Source: Octopus bimaculoides (taxonomy: Eukaryota). From it: DNA of 48,648 nt. The stretch is taken from contig NC_068981.1 of NCBI RefSeq assembly GCF_001194135.2, forward strand, positions 93,903,013-93,951,660, written 5' to 3'. Shown in pieces: positions 23,570-36,780 of the stretch (positions are counted from its first letter, which is position 1; the number at the start of each line of letters is the position of its first letter). Position numbers and translations under genes: made by a program. The notes beneath the pieces were generated by a model that saw only the letters and a program-made list of their open reading frames with translations, ran no database searches and was not told the DNA's origin.

Positions 23570-23970
23570 TTTTACTTGTTTCAGTCATTGAACAGCGACC
23601 ATGCTGGGGCACCACCGCCTTGAAGGGTTTTAGTCGAACAGATCGACTCCAGTACTTTTTTTGAGTCTGGTACTTATTCAATCAGTCTCTTTGACCGAAC
23701 CACTAAGTTATGGGTACCTAAACAAACCAGCACTGGTTACAAAGCAATGGTTATGGACAAACACTAAGACTCTCTCTCACACACACACAAACACGCGCGT
23801 GCACGCACACACATAACAGATTTCCACAGTTTACGGCTACCAAATTCACTCACAAGATATTGGTTGGTCCAGGGCTATAGTAGAAGACACTTGCCTAAGG
23901 TGCCATGCGGTGGGACTGAACCCGAAACCATGTAGTTGTAAAGCGACCTTCTTAACCAAACTGCCATACC
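23570..23970 (-). mobile_element. Full family A SINE with internal (CA)n and 3' segment
   Basis: Head at ~23970-23820, microsatellite at ~23770-23815, tail segment at ~23765-23570. The same layout occurs at 45590-45935 and 47265-47575. Confidence 0.75.
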
Positions 23971-24574
23971 ATACCTGCGTCTATATGTAAAATGATGAAG
24001 AATGGAAAAACCTGAATATACAATGAAGACAAGGTCGTGCCAGGCGCTAAGAGGGTGCATTGGACAGCACTGCCCCTTCACTATTCAATGGTGCACCCCT
24101 CAGATTGACAGTGATATTCTTATTTCAGAACTCCACTTTAGCATTATTACAGATTAGTGGGTAAAGACCCCCTTCGATCATGAATGACCATGAGATTGCA
24201 CCTAGAAAGTTACCCTCCAAGGCACACGTCCGGGCAAGGCTGTTTATGAAAGACCAGCAGTCGCCCATGCATACCAGCCTCCTCTCTCCTCGTCACTGAT
24301 GTTATCCAGGGGGAAAGCAATGGCCGATACAGCTTGGCACAAGTGACGTCGTAACTCATTTCTACAATTGAGTGAACTGGAGCAACGGGAAATAAAGTGT
24401 CTTTCTCAAGAACACAATAAACAGCCCGGTCCGGGAATCGAACGCGCTACCACATGACTGTGAGTCTGATGCTCTAACAACTGAGCCATGTGCTCCCAGA
24501 ATATTCTGAAACACCCCCAGGCACGAAAGCTTGGCGACGGGTCTGCGCAAAGTAGAGAGAGAGGAGGGAGAGAT

Positions 24575-24616
<42 letters not shown>

Positions 24617-24705
24617 AGTGACTTGAACATTGGTGCAAAATGTAAACGACCAACAAAATTGATAAACANNNNNNNNNNACAGATCCATAGACAACCAAAC
24701 GAACA

Positions 24706-24753
<48 letters not shown>

Positions 24754-25240
24754 GGACAGACAGAGACAGACAGACAGACAGAGGACAAGTGGGTGATTGG
24801 TTAAAAAGTTTGCTTCACAACCATGAGGTTTTGGCTAAGACTATATGGTGGAGAGTGTAAGTTTGGCTAAACTTGTATGTTGTGTGGAGAAAATGTCAGT
24901 GCTATCTTGCACTTCAGCTGAAGAGTTAATTTTCCTCTCTCTTTGATGAAGAGTCATTCTCGAAACGTCACAAGGTTTCCATAGTGTATAAGTAACTGAG
25001 ATTACAGCACTGTCCACCACCCCTGAACGGAATGCCGGTCCGTCAAAGGGTTTACTTACCAGCAGCTTGCTGAAACTCATTTACAGCTGAGCAACTTGAA
25101 ATGAAGTGTTCTGCCCAACAATAACAACGCACCGCCCAGTCTAGGAGTTGAAAGCATGATCTTACGATCCTGTGTGCAACACGCTAATCACTAGGCCACG
25201 TGTCTATACACACATAGATATCAAAATCCAAAATCAACCC

Positions 25241-25349
<109 letters not shown>

Positions 25350-26269
25350 CGGACAGACAGAGACAGACAGACAGACAGACAGAGGACAAGTGGGTGATTG
25401 GTTAAAAAGTTTGCTTCACAACCATGAGGTTTTGGATTCGATGTCAGTGCGTGCCATCTTATGGAAGTGTTATTTTCCCATAGCTTCAAAAGCGGCGACC
25501 CGACAGAATCACTATCACGCCGGACAAAACGCTTAGCGATATTTCACCCGTCTTTACATTCTGAGTTCAAATTTCACCGAAGTTGACATTGCCTTTCATC
25601 CTATCGAGATCGACAAAAGCAAGTACCAGTCAATTACTTGGGTCGATGCAATCGATTATCCCCTCCCTTCTCCCAGAATTTCTGATCTTGTGCCTACAGT
25701 AGACAGAATTTTCCATAGATTCGAATCGACTCATACCTTGAAAGTAAAACTGGGTAGACGGAAACTATGTAGAAGCTCGCTGGATGGATTGTACATGTAA
25801 TTCAAAGGTCCGACCGTATCATTGTGTGTACACTGATTTGGCCTCTGGACTGGTGCAATGGACAAAAAGATCGTTTAGATCTGTGGTTCTCAACCATCTT
25901 TTACCGGATATATTTTCTCGATAAACTTTCCTCACGGTGAACTTATGGCGGCAGGCTTTCCCTGCGGTGAATTGATGGTGGTGAACTTAACCTGTAATCG
26001 GTTACCAGGATGGAGTTGTGGACTGGTGCATTTTCTAGGAGCAGGTGCCGCTAATTCGAGTGGAAGAGTTCTTATCTTTTACAACGAAATCTCTTCCTAA
26101 AGGGTTTTAGTTAAATGAATCACCCTAAATATTTATTCTTTTAAAGCCTGGAACTTATTCTATCGATCCTTTTGCTGAAGCGCTAAGTTGCGGATATGTT
26201 AACAAACCAGCAATGGTTAAGAAGGGGTGATGGAAAACAAATACAAAGACACACAGGTGCATGTACGTA

Positions 26270-27071
26270 CAGGGTGTCCAGGCTAAATTTGACAGTCTGC
26301 ATAAAAGGAAAAGAAAACAAAATATCTCATCCAAAAATAAAATTAAAAAATAATTTTTTTTAGAGTATGGCAGAGAGATAACAGCTTACTCAAATTAGCC
26401 GCCCGCAGATTCCAACACAGTCTGGCGGCAGCTTCGGAACATGGAACATCGTTGTGTCCCTGTGAAGAGCTTCGAACTCCTCCTTGATCTTGGCCCCCCC
26501 GCTCGGCCTTGGAGTTGCAGACAGAGCAGTTGATGTCTTTCTCAACTGCGCCCTACACATAGTAATCCATAGGATAACAATTGGAGGAATTAGGAGATCA
26601 GAAATTGGAGCTGGGGAAGTTGTAGAAATTCTTCAACAACCACTTCTGACTCTTTTTCGGAGGTATGGTAAGGGATTTTCCAGCAGTAACCCTCTCCAGT
26701 TAAGGTTTGAATCACGGTCTCAGCAGCTTCACATAGTCGTCTGAACTGAGCTTAGGCCCTGTTCCAAGATGTGGGTGGTATAATGTCACCCTCACTGAAG
26801 ACATACCCAAAGACTATCATATTTTGGGGAACTTAGTTTACATGATGTCCATGTCAGGTCTTACAACCATTACAGTGTTCACAGAGCATTGAGCAGCATA
26901 ATATAGGAAACCCTTTTCCAATATTCAGATGGCATCCAGTCCTCCGTGTCAGCCAACTTTTTCTCAATATCTCTAATCTTTATGCACTCCAACGCTGTTT
27001 AGTGTTCACCAATACATCAAGCTGTTCCTAAAAAAAAGATAAAAATCATCAAATTCATCCTGAACACTCTG
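26270..27071 (-). mobile_element. maT/DD37D-like Tc1-mariner remnant
   Basis: TA-flanked terminal inverted repeats cagggtgtccaggctaaatttga / tcaaattcatcctgaacactctg. The minus strand encodes SPNSSNCYPMDYYV*GAVEKDIN, a decayed SPD.NP.DY..W motif. Confidence 0.75.
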
Positions 27072-27104
27072 TACGTACATCCATCCATCCATACATACAT
27101 ACAT

Positions 27105-27139
<35 letters not shown>

Positions 27140-27156
27140 ATANNNNNNNNNNACAT

Positions 27157-27193
<37 letters not shown>

Positions 27194-27194
27194 A

Positions 27195-27335
27195 TAGGCT
27201 CCTTTCAGTTTTCGTGTACCAAGTCCACTCACACTGGTTTGGACGGCCCGGTGTTATAGAAGATACCTGCCCAAGGTGCCATGCAGTAGGACTGAACCCA
27301 AAACCATGTAGTTTGGAAGCAAACTTCTCGCCACA
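27195..27335 (-). mobile_element. SINE family A
   Basis: Homologous to 45-210. Confidence 0.7.
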
Positions 27336-27944
27336 TTATATTGCATTCATGCATATCTGGGTAACACACATCTTAATTTCTTTGAGTAGAGATTACCAAC
27401 CCCTCACTCAACCTCTTTTTTTTTTTCATGCGTGATATCAGCTGGTATCCATATTTGAATGGCAAAAGCTAGATGAAGATGAACTGCCTCTGAGAGAAGG
27501 GGAGAAACGCAGGAATAAGCACTCGCTTTCTCTGTGTCTATCTTACTGTTTTTCATACACTCGCATGCACACTCTATCTACCTACCTATCTACCTACCTG
27601 CTTTCCTTCCTCCCTTCCTTAAAATATATAAGCGTATCTAAATAATTACACTTGGAGCAGAGAGTAATTTTCAGAAACTTCAGACACCATGAGATGGTCA
27701 ACGGCCTGTCCTAATCAGTCACATCTTGGACTCGGGGTCTACCCTGTATGCAATGAAAGATTTTATGAATATGTTCCCTACCTACTTTTCTCTTGGGGAT
27801 TTACAATTGCCAGGTGAGTTTTTGTTGGGTTTTTTTTTCACTTTTTTTTTTTTGGCAAGTACCAATTCAGTATTACAGAGCCATTTGCTGTTATTGTTGT
27901 GCTTCTTCTCTTCTTCTTCTCGTTATTATAATTATTAAGAAAAC

Positions 27945-28157
27945 GGTAAGAAGGTAGCACGCCTGGCTAAATGCATTGCGGCACTTGTTCGTCTTTACGT
28001 TCTGAGTTCAATGTTGACCGATGTTGACTTTGTCCTTCATCTTTTCAGGATCGGTAAAATATGCACCACTTGAGCATTGGCGTCAATGTAATAGACTAGC
28101 CCCTCTCCCAAACTTTCGGGCCTAGTGCCTATAGTAGAATGGATGATGATGATGATG

Positions 28158-28195
<38 letters not shown>

Positions 28196-28385
28196 GAAGA
28201 AGAAGAAGAAGAAGAAGAAGGCGAGTTGGCAGAAGCATAAGCACGACGGACGAAATCCTTAGCAATTCTTCCGGCTCTTTACATTGTGAGTTCAAATACC
28301 GCTAAGGTTGATTTTTGCCTTTCATCCTTTCGGTGTCAATAAAGTAAGTATCGAGTGAGCAATAGAGGTCGCTGTAATTTTGACA
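27945..28385 (+). mobile_element. Two family C SINEs separated by (GAT)n(ATT)n(AAG)n
   Basis: Both segments match 12118-12302. Confidence 0.65.
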
Positions 28386-28576
28386 GAAACACTACCTCCG
28401 GCACTACCACTAATATCATCTCAACTGAAAAATTTTTCTCTCAATGAATAAAGACAACTCCAACATGATCACCAACGATAAAACAAACACAAACGGCTCG
28501 ATTTGTAGCAAGAGCGCTTGCAACAATGAGCGCAGCCAGGCAGCTGCAAAGGCTTCTTTTTTTTTCTTTCTTTCTT

Positions 28577-28620
<44 letters not shown>

Positions 28621-28699
28621 AAGCGCTGAAAAAATCTAGATAGATACCATGTAAGCCAAGATCTAAAATTGGTCAGATAGGCTGAAAAAATTGTACGAG

Positions 28700-31600
28700 G
28701 CGTAACAATAAAGCCACCACCTTTAGTATGCTAAATACTGTGCACAAGGATGCACGGTAGTATACTGCTGCAATGAAACAAAATTGTGTCGGGTGGAAAG
28801 TGCAAGTAGAGCCCAAATACAAAAGTACTTTGGTCGTACAAGACGTATATTACACGAGGGAAAAAATACAGCACAGTTGCAGAGAGATTTGAATTAGGAG
28901 CAGAGGCAAGATTTCACTCTACAATAACACTGAAGAATGAGGCTCTTTACCAAATCCTTAACTTTCACAGCCAACGCCTGACAAAAGTGAGAGTCATAAA
29001 CGTACCACCAGAAATAACCATTACCTGGTTAGTGGCAGTCGTCTTGGCCGATTCCGTAGAAGATGCGAAATCTTATAGGCGAAGATACTAAAACAAAACT
29101 GGTCATGGATAGGTATGGAACTAACAATACAAGCAAATCAAGAAAACATCGAAGACATATCAAATCTGATTGACCTCCCGGGTGGCACCCACCTATCTGT
29201 GACAGTGCAGAGAAGAAAGCCAAAATGTCGCATATGTGGAGCTGTGATACATTTGAAGACGTTCTTCCTCCACTGAGTTGAGAAAGAAACGAGACACTCA
29301 ATGCAACAAATACGGAGCCCATAGCTACAAAAGTAGGAAAACACACTAATAGCATCAATGACAGAAGTAACAGCAATAGAAAAGGCCACAGAGGCTGCAA
29401 CAACAGCAGTAGAGGCACCAAAGACAAGAGCAACAACAGTAACAACATCAGTGTCAGGAACACCAGCAATACCAAAACACCTAACTCTCAGAAAAACTCT
29501 GACACCAACAATAGGAATATCAAAAGCAGAATCCTTCAGAACCAACATCGTCAACATCCGATATTAGTTAGTTTTAGTAAAGAAACAGTGATAGAAAATT
29601 CTGGAGTAGGAGAATTCCAGAGAAAAGGCGATTAGAAAAGATATCGTGACTGATATGCCGGCGGCGAGATTAACCCTTAATTGACTCTTCAATGCTAAGC
29701 ACGGTATTGTCAGAGCTAGAGCATGAGGGAATGAAAGCTATTAGTTTGGCCCGGAGGGCATAGTCGCAACGCGGCAACAAAACCACAATTTGGTTTTTGA
29801 AGAAGGAAGAGGTGCGAGCTACTCGATTCCAAGCAGATGTATGAGAATCTTCAGTGGCACTTTACTCAACTATTTGGGGCGGACGGTGGACCAGAAACGG
29901 AATGGGCTTTACCGCCTACCTCGACTGTGGATGCGAAGTTATGCGAAAAGCTGATAACAACTGCTGAAATACGGGAAATGATGACGGTCTGCACGGTGGG
30001 GAAGTCACCGGAGCTGGATGATCTGCTCTACGAACTATTTCATCATACGCTAGACTTGTTCTGAGGTTTCTCAGTAGATGTCTACTGCAACTGGTAGCAG
30101 AACACGAAATTTCCCAGTCCTGCGAAAAGAGATGTGGTGCTGCTGAGAAAGGGTCCCAACAATTTTAACGAATTCGAGCCCATAACTCTGAAGATTATGC
30201 TCAACCAAGATGATGAAGCTTGCTATCGATACTCATAGACAGCATGCAGATACTTGCTATATCAAACAGATCTATCCACAACAACCCCCACCTCGCATGA
30301 TACACCATAGAAAGGTTGGATAAAGAATTTGGCATGGGTGGGGCTTTAATCAGTTTAGTTCAGTCGAAAGCTTTCGATCGGGTCGGTCCTCAATACAGCG
30401 ACATTTGCTCGGTGGACAGACTAAATAGCTATCTGATAAAGTTCTTTGGTATCATGCGATCGGTCCGTCAAAGATGCTCCCCACCGCCATCTACTCTTCT
30501 GTAGGAACTGACTCTAAGAGTCACTACCGTAGAAGCTGAAGGTTTCTAGGAGCAACCCGTGCGAATTAAGATGCAAAGGCTCCACGTATGCATATTCGGA
30601 CATCATCGTAATAGTGTTGGTCACCAAACACATTGAGGTGATTATCCTAAGGGAATGCGAGGCGGTAAAAAAAGCAAAAATTAACCAAAGTGGTTAAGCC
30701 TGCAGCTCTGTACCTGGAAAGGCAAGTCCATACCATTCAACAGTGCCATTGGGCGCAGAACGGATGAACTGGTTAAGTTGCTTGAGATTGGGCTTAGTCC
30801 AGACCTCGAAGCTGATCAGAGTTAGGAAGAGGTGACGAGCAGGATAATTAGTCTCACCTAGGGCAGGTAGGGAACTATTAAACGGAGGGTCAAACGGAGG
30901 TGGCGAATGCCTACATCACTGTTCTGCTTTTTATGGAATGGATGCGTCCCGCTTGTCAAACGACCCATTTGCTGTCAGCATCCGCTGCTTGGAGGACTGG
31001 GCGTGACGGGTTAATGATGCACAATCATGAGCTGAGGCAACAACCTCTCCACATTTTCCTTGATGTTGAGCAAGTATGGTCGCCAATTGTTAGACGTGCT
31101 TTTCCGCAGCTCGTCACTTTAATATGCAGTCCTGAATCTAGCGTAGACTGAGATAGGGTGCCTGGCATCTTGAGTGCTGTCAGGTCCTCATAGCCCTCTA
31201 CCTGTCGAGCAATGTGGTCGGTGGATATTCCACCATTGCATTCTATTGAAGGTTAGTGGTGTGTAAGAGCGATGGCGTCTTCAGGAAAACTTTGAGCGTC
31301 TGGTCTTTTCCAGAGAACTTTCGAGTCGGAGTCCATGGATAACTTCCAGAAATTCCAAGCTTGGCAGTTCTACTAGGTAAGATGGGGAAATATATTAGTG
31401 CCGTTATCCGCGCAAGCCTGCTCGAGATGCGCACAGAGCGACAGAAGCGTCCTACACACGCTCATACAACGCTCCAGCATTGCTGATTTGTGGAGTTATG
31501 TCAAGCAGCTGCTATCAAGTGCAGGACGGGTCCAGCTATTGGTCACCTCTTCACCTTCATTTTGGTCAGGAAGCACGGACAGTTTTTTTATGTCTAGTGT

Positions 31601-31927
31601 TGTTAGTGAAAGTAGCTGTATGGTAGATTGAAAAAATTGAAGATAAACACTTTCCTCTTCGTTTTAAAATACTGTCTGAAAAAGAAAGTGAGGTTTGAGG
31701 GGTATGTGCTGCCCTCCATTGAATTTGTTGAAAGATGAGTGAATGTGGAGAGGATCACTCGAGTAAGTGGGCCAACTCTAAGCTGATGCCTGTAGGCTGA
31801 GAAATAAAGAGGAGAGAGGAGCTCTTACTTTGGAACTCCTGGTGAATAGGCTGGCTTGGGATCTGTGAGGTCCATAGTTGCCCTTAGGTGACGTTTTCCT
31901 CCCACTGGGGGCTTTTTATTGCTTACA

Positions 31928-31930
<3 letters not shown>
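28700..31930 (+). mobile_element. Decayed L1/Tx1-clade LINE
   Basis: Fragments ITTAEIRE....GKSPELDDL.YELF (29837 ORF), ALISLVQSKAFDRV (30316 ORF) and CSRC...SVLHTLIQ...LW.YV (C-terminal zinc finger, 31398 ORF) occur in the expected order. The element ends at (TG)n. Boundaries are approximate. Confidence 0.7.
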
Positions 31931-31987
<57 letters not shown>

Positions 31988-32046
31988 NNNNNNNNNNNNN
32001 NNNNNNNNNNNNNNNNNNNNNNNNNNNNNNNNNNNNNNNNNNNNNN

Positions 32047-32085
<39 letters not shown>

Positions 32086-32090
32086 CGCGC

Positions 32091-32125
<35 letters not shown>

Positions 32126-32809
32126 TACGTAAATCTCCACTGTCCTTAGTCTTTGTATTGTCCTGAATGCTTTTCACGACCTTTCTAGCAAATATTTACG
32201 GTTTGAATGCAAATCTTCCCACCACTCCATCTAAAAATTGATGGCTTCGTGCCAAAATGAGAAAGATTTGTTGGTATACACAATACGAAAACGAACTGCA
32301 GAATTGTCAACACACCGGACAAAATGCTTAGCGGCGTTTAGTCCGTCTTTACGTTCTGAGTTCTGATCCAGCCACAGTCAACTTTGACTTTCATCTTTTC
32401 AGAGTCGATAAAAACTAATCATTAGGTCCATCCCAGGTAGTATCGTATGGGGGCGACACTTTTGCATTTGCTGTATAAATCTGTATAGGGAGCAGAGCAG
32501 CAGGAAACATAAGGACTGCCCCGAGCGGCACACATTCTAGCTACATCACTGCCTGAGAAACATTAGCGCTGAATTTTAAGCCATTGTCAGTCATGAGCTT
32601 CCACCTCTGTATAAAAAGAAAAAATGAACACGCAAGTAATTTGCAATAACATTTGATCAACGGAATCACATTTTACAGTAATCGTGGGAGACACAGAGTC
32701 ATGACATGTATAAGCCACCCAAGAACATGCATAGAAGGCAATCATAAAACAAAACAATACTTAATTTACTATATTATAGTATTGGACATGTAAAGTTTAA
32801 ATTGTGTGA

Positions 32810-33865
32810 TTTTTTTTTCCAGAATCTTCCAGATGTATATTACTGCATACCTCTCTCGCCTTCTCTCCAAGGAGTAGAGTCTTAGCTGTTTCAGCTTTTC
32901 CCAGTAGCTGAGCAGTTGCAAAGAGACGATCTTTTTTGTGAATCTTCTCTGGGTTGCTTCAAGGTCCGCTGTTAATTTCACACTGGTGGGTGACCATAGC
33001 TGTGAGTAGTAATCCAGGCGGCTGAGGACGAATGTCCTCCAGAGGACCATCATGGTTTCCTTATCTCTGGTTCTGAATGTTCTCAGGATTCAACCAGTCA
33101 GTCGTCTGCACTTTGTCACCATCCTGGTAATGTACACTTGGAAAGAGGTATCATCGCTCATGTCGATATCCAGGTCCCTTACTGATTTAGGCTCTGGATT
33201 TGAAATTCCCTGTGGACCAGTGTACTCTGTAAGTTTCATATTCAGTTTTGGACGCTGGTAGCACAGGGCTTGGAATTTTTCAGCATTAAACTGCATATTA
33301 TTATCTTCAGCCCATCTGTAAATTGAGTCCAACTCCTGCTGCAGGTGTGCAACATCGCTGGGGTTCTGTATTTTCTGCGAGACTTTCGTATCGTCAGCGT
33401 AGCTTGCAAGGGTGGCTATCCGGGCACTTGAGGGCATATCTGAGAAGGCCGCTATAAAAAGCAGTGGTCCCAAGACAGTGCCCTGTAGAACACCGCTCAC
33501 TATTTGTGTTTTCATAGAGGTGGCTCCATTAGCTACTACTGCCTGACTTCTATCTTTCAGAAAGTCATGTAACCACTCTCCAAGTTTTCCAGCTATGCCG
33601 AGATCACGCAGTTTGTGGCATATCATACCATGATCCACTTTGTCAAAAGCTTTTGCAAAATCAAGGTATATTACGTCCACATTTGAGTTGTTGAGTAACT
33701 GTCTCAACACCCAGTCATAATGTTGTAAGAGCTGGGTCAGGCAGCTCCTACCTAGTCGAAAGCCATGTTGGGTATCACTCACCAAGTTATTTTCTTCAAG
33801 GAATGCGATGAGTTTCCCTCTGACTATCCGTTCCATGACTTTGCTGATGTGTGAAGTCAGAGAGT
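32810..33865 (-). mobile_element. CR1/L2-type LINE reverse transcriptase fragment, 5'-truncated
   Basis: QHGFRLGRSCLTQLL, VDVIYLDFAKAFDKVDH, GVLQGTVLGPLLF, YADDTK and SLERRR motifs. Confidence 0.9.
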
Positions 33866-34500
33866 AATGAATAAAGTTGTTCTAGTATTTTATATGTGCA
33901 TAGTCTATATGTCCAACTTAGTCCAATTATATGTGCGAGCAAACTTATAAATGGATCTGAATAAATGAACATTCAGTATTTATTGGTGTGCAATGAGCAC
34001 TCGTAATTTAAATACACACTTAATTTGAACTTCAAAATCCCCCCCCAAAATCTTTATATAATACGCGTTATAGGATGGTACTCAAATAATTTTTGAAATA
34101 TATGTATATTACAAAACCTGCAATTACTATTGCATTAAACTTGTTATCGTGTATAATTCACATCTCTATGAAAAGTGTATATCATACATACTAATCACGG
34201 TAATATACTAACCTAATGAAAAGAAGCTAAAAACTATAAGATATTTGTTGTAATTTATGCTAATTTTTTTCCCAGCATTTACCACATTTTTTCCAACTTG
34301 TCAAAGAATGGAAGAAACGCCCAGCAGAGAAGCTGACGCCAAAATTACTTAGGGGAGATAGGCCAGGTAATGCCCGTACCAAGAGCTGCGGGGTTAAAAA
34401 AAGCTAGCATGAGGCAGATGAAATTTTGCATACCTTAACATCTGAGGGCAAGAACTTCTCTTTCTCGCCTTTCTCTGCTACGCCTCAAGAATAATAACGA

Positions 34501-34756
34501 AACTGGGCTATCCTTCGTTTTGAGTCACAGTGTTGTCAATGATCTATCAGCTAAGGTACAGCGTTCGGTAAATTCCGTAAAAAATTTTTTTTTGTTTTTT
34601 TGAACTGGAAATGAACATTTTGTTTGATGTCAGCATAAAGTGAAAGAGACATGTGTATATGTTGATGGTGAGGTGCGAGATAGAAAGTGTGTGTATGTGT
34701 GTGTGTGTGAGAGAGAGAGAGAAGGTGTGTGTTGATGTGTTTGGGAGAGAGAGAGA

Positions 34757-34837
<81 letters not shown>

Positions 34838-35236
34838 NNNNNNNNNNNNNNNNNNNNNNNNNNNNNNNNNNNNNNNNNNNNNNNNNNNNNNNNNNNNNNN
34901 NNNNNNNNNNNNNNNNNNNNNNNNNNNNNNNNNNNNNNNNNNNNNNNNNNNNNNNNNNNNNNNNNNNNNNNNNNNNNNNNNNNNNNNNNNNNNNNNNNNN
35001 NNNNNNNNNNNNNNNNNNNNNNNNNNNNNNNNNNNNNNNNNNNNNNNNNNNNNNNNNNNNNNNNNNNNNNNTCTCTCACACACACACACACTCTCTCTCT
35101 CAGTCAATCATTCACCCCAAAAAGATGCGAGGAAAAATAAATTAAAAAACGTACGCTGTCACTCTCTCTCTCTCCCACACACATCAACACACACCTTCTC
35201 TCTCTCTCTCTCTCCCACACACATCAACACACACCT

Positions 35237-35268
<32 letters not shown>

Positions 35269-35483
35269 ACACACACTTTCTATCTCGCACCCCACCAACA
35301 TATACACATGTCCCTTTCATTTTCTCTCTCTATCACTCTATGCTGACATCAAACAAAATGTTCATTTCCAGTTCAAAAACAACAAATAAAATTTGTTTAC
35401 AGAATTTACCGAACGCTGTACTTTAACAGCTGATAGATCATTGACAACTCTGTGATTCAAAACGAAACGAAGGATAGCCGGTT
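34501..35483. repeat. Local inverted duplication around a (GA)/(GT) microsatellite and N gap
   Basis: ~34501-34830 is the reverse complement of ~35160-35483, e.g. gaactggaaatgaacattttgtttgatgtcagcata. The arms differ by substitutions and indels. Confidence 0.8.
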
Positions 35484-35989
35484 GTGTCTGTTCTCACCTA
35501 CAGCCTTCCTGGGATACAGATTTTATTGATTCGTCGCAAGTTTGAGCCAATATAGAAAACTTAGTGTGGAGAGATAAATAGTGCAACATAAAGAAACTGA
35601 TTCAGTTTACCAAAATTTAATATATTATGAATTTCACGTTCAGAAGGAGCATTGAGCGATGGATGCAAGTAGAATGTTTACCTTACGCGTGAGCAATCAT
35701 ACATTTTGAAGAAAAAATAGGTTAAATTCCCAACCTTTTCAGTTCGTTTTTCGCTGTATCCAGTGTACTTTTTATAGTTACCTTATATATATAGAGAGAG
35801 AGAGGTATATATATAGTCTTCAAGTAAAGTGAAAGCTAAATTTTATTGCTGTTTTTTTTTTTCTGCTAGAAATAAATTTGAAAGTAAATCCTTATATTTA
35901 TTTTGAAAATAATTTTCTTTATCAAAAAGTTTCAATCAAGACATAAATACAATAACTGTATCACTTTTAATTAATTCCTTTATTTAGTT

Positions 35990-36060
35990 CGAAAATAAAC
36001 AGCTGGAATTTTAATGGCGGTATCTACACGATCGTAACCGCAGACAAAAACTGTGTTGTT
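35990..36060 (+). promoter_or_regulatory. Putative promoter/5' UTR of the TPP1-like gene
   Basis: aatggcggt (YY1-like ATGGCG motif) and retained CpGs lie just upstream of the ATG at 36061. Confidence 0.4.
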
Positions 36061-36156
36061 ATGCCGAGAGTACGTTATCCTCTTAAACCTTGGTTAATTC
36101 AATACATCTTAAACGATGATAATCGTAAATCAGCTCAGACTTTACAAGTACTTCAG
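36061..36156 (+). CDS. ACD: TPP1/ACD-like shelterin protein, coding exon 1
   Basis: MPRVRYPLKPWLIQYILNDDNRKSAQTLQVLQ resembles human TPP1 LRPWIRELILGS...GQLLEVLQ. The donor is CAG|gtttgt, phase 0. Confidence 0.75.
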
Positions 36157-36624
36157 GTTTGTGCCATTTGTCTTCCCCCGTTACAATGAGCATTACAGTA
36201 GGGATGAACTATGTATTGTCTGATCATTGAAATTGACTTTTGTTTCATAAATAGAGAGATATAACGTAAAATTTGTAGAACTAAAGGAGTTTGCCATACA
36301 ACGTTATTTTCAATAATTCATTTTTTAAAAATACTATATTGATTACAAAAAAAACAAATGATATTGATTAGAATTTCATGTTAATCGAATATAACGAAAT
36401 TGTTGACATTAGTTTCCCCTCTTAAATTGAAACTAATGTCAACAAGAAAAATACATTTCAATTATTGAAATGTATTTTTTTTCGAAGATAATTTGGTCAA
36501 ACTAAAGCGGTATCTACATCATCAATAACATGATATAGTATTTAATTCAAAATCCTTTTAGTTTTATATATTCCCACTTTGATCCAGTCCAGTTGTTTAT
36601 AAAATTATATATAATATTCAACAG

Positions 36625-36722
36625 CATTGTGATGGCCCACTGGATGATGGCACCATGGTTATGATTGTCGGAGACGGAAAAACTCTTATGAAAGCCTATT
36701 TTCCTAAGACTGCTTATGAAAA
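36625..36722 (+). CDS. ACD: TPP1/ACD-like, coding exon 2
   Basis: caacag|HCDGPLDDGTMVMIVGDGKTLMKAYFPKTAYE+AA|gtaagg, phase 0 to 2. Resembles TPP1 LLVSDGTHSVRCLVTREA. Confidence 0.75.
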
Positions 36723-36780
36723 GTAAGGTTATTTTCATTTCTTGTACTTTTTTCGTGTGCGCCAATTATTTGTTAACTTT

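Noticed and set aside
34276-34366. Open exon-like segment with ag/gt ends (HLPHFFQLVKEWKKRP...)
   Set aside because: It has no partner exons or recognisable homology and may be chance.
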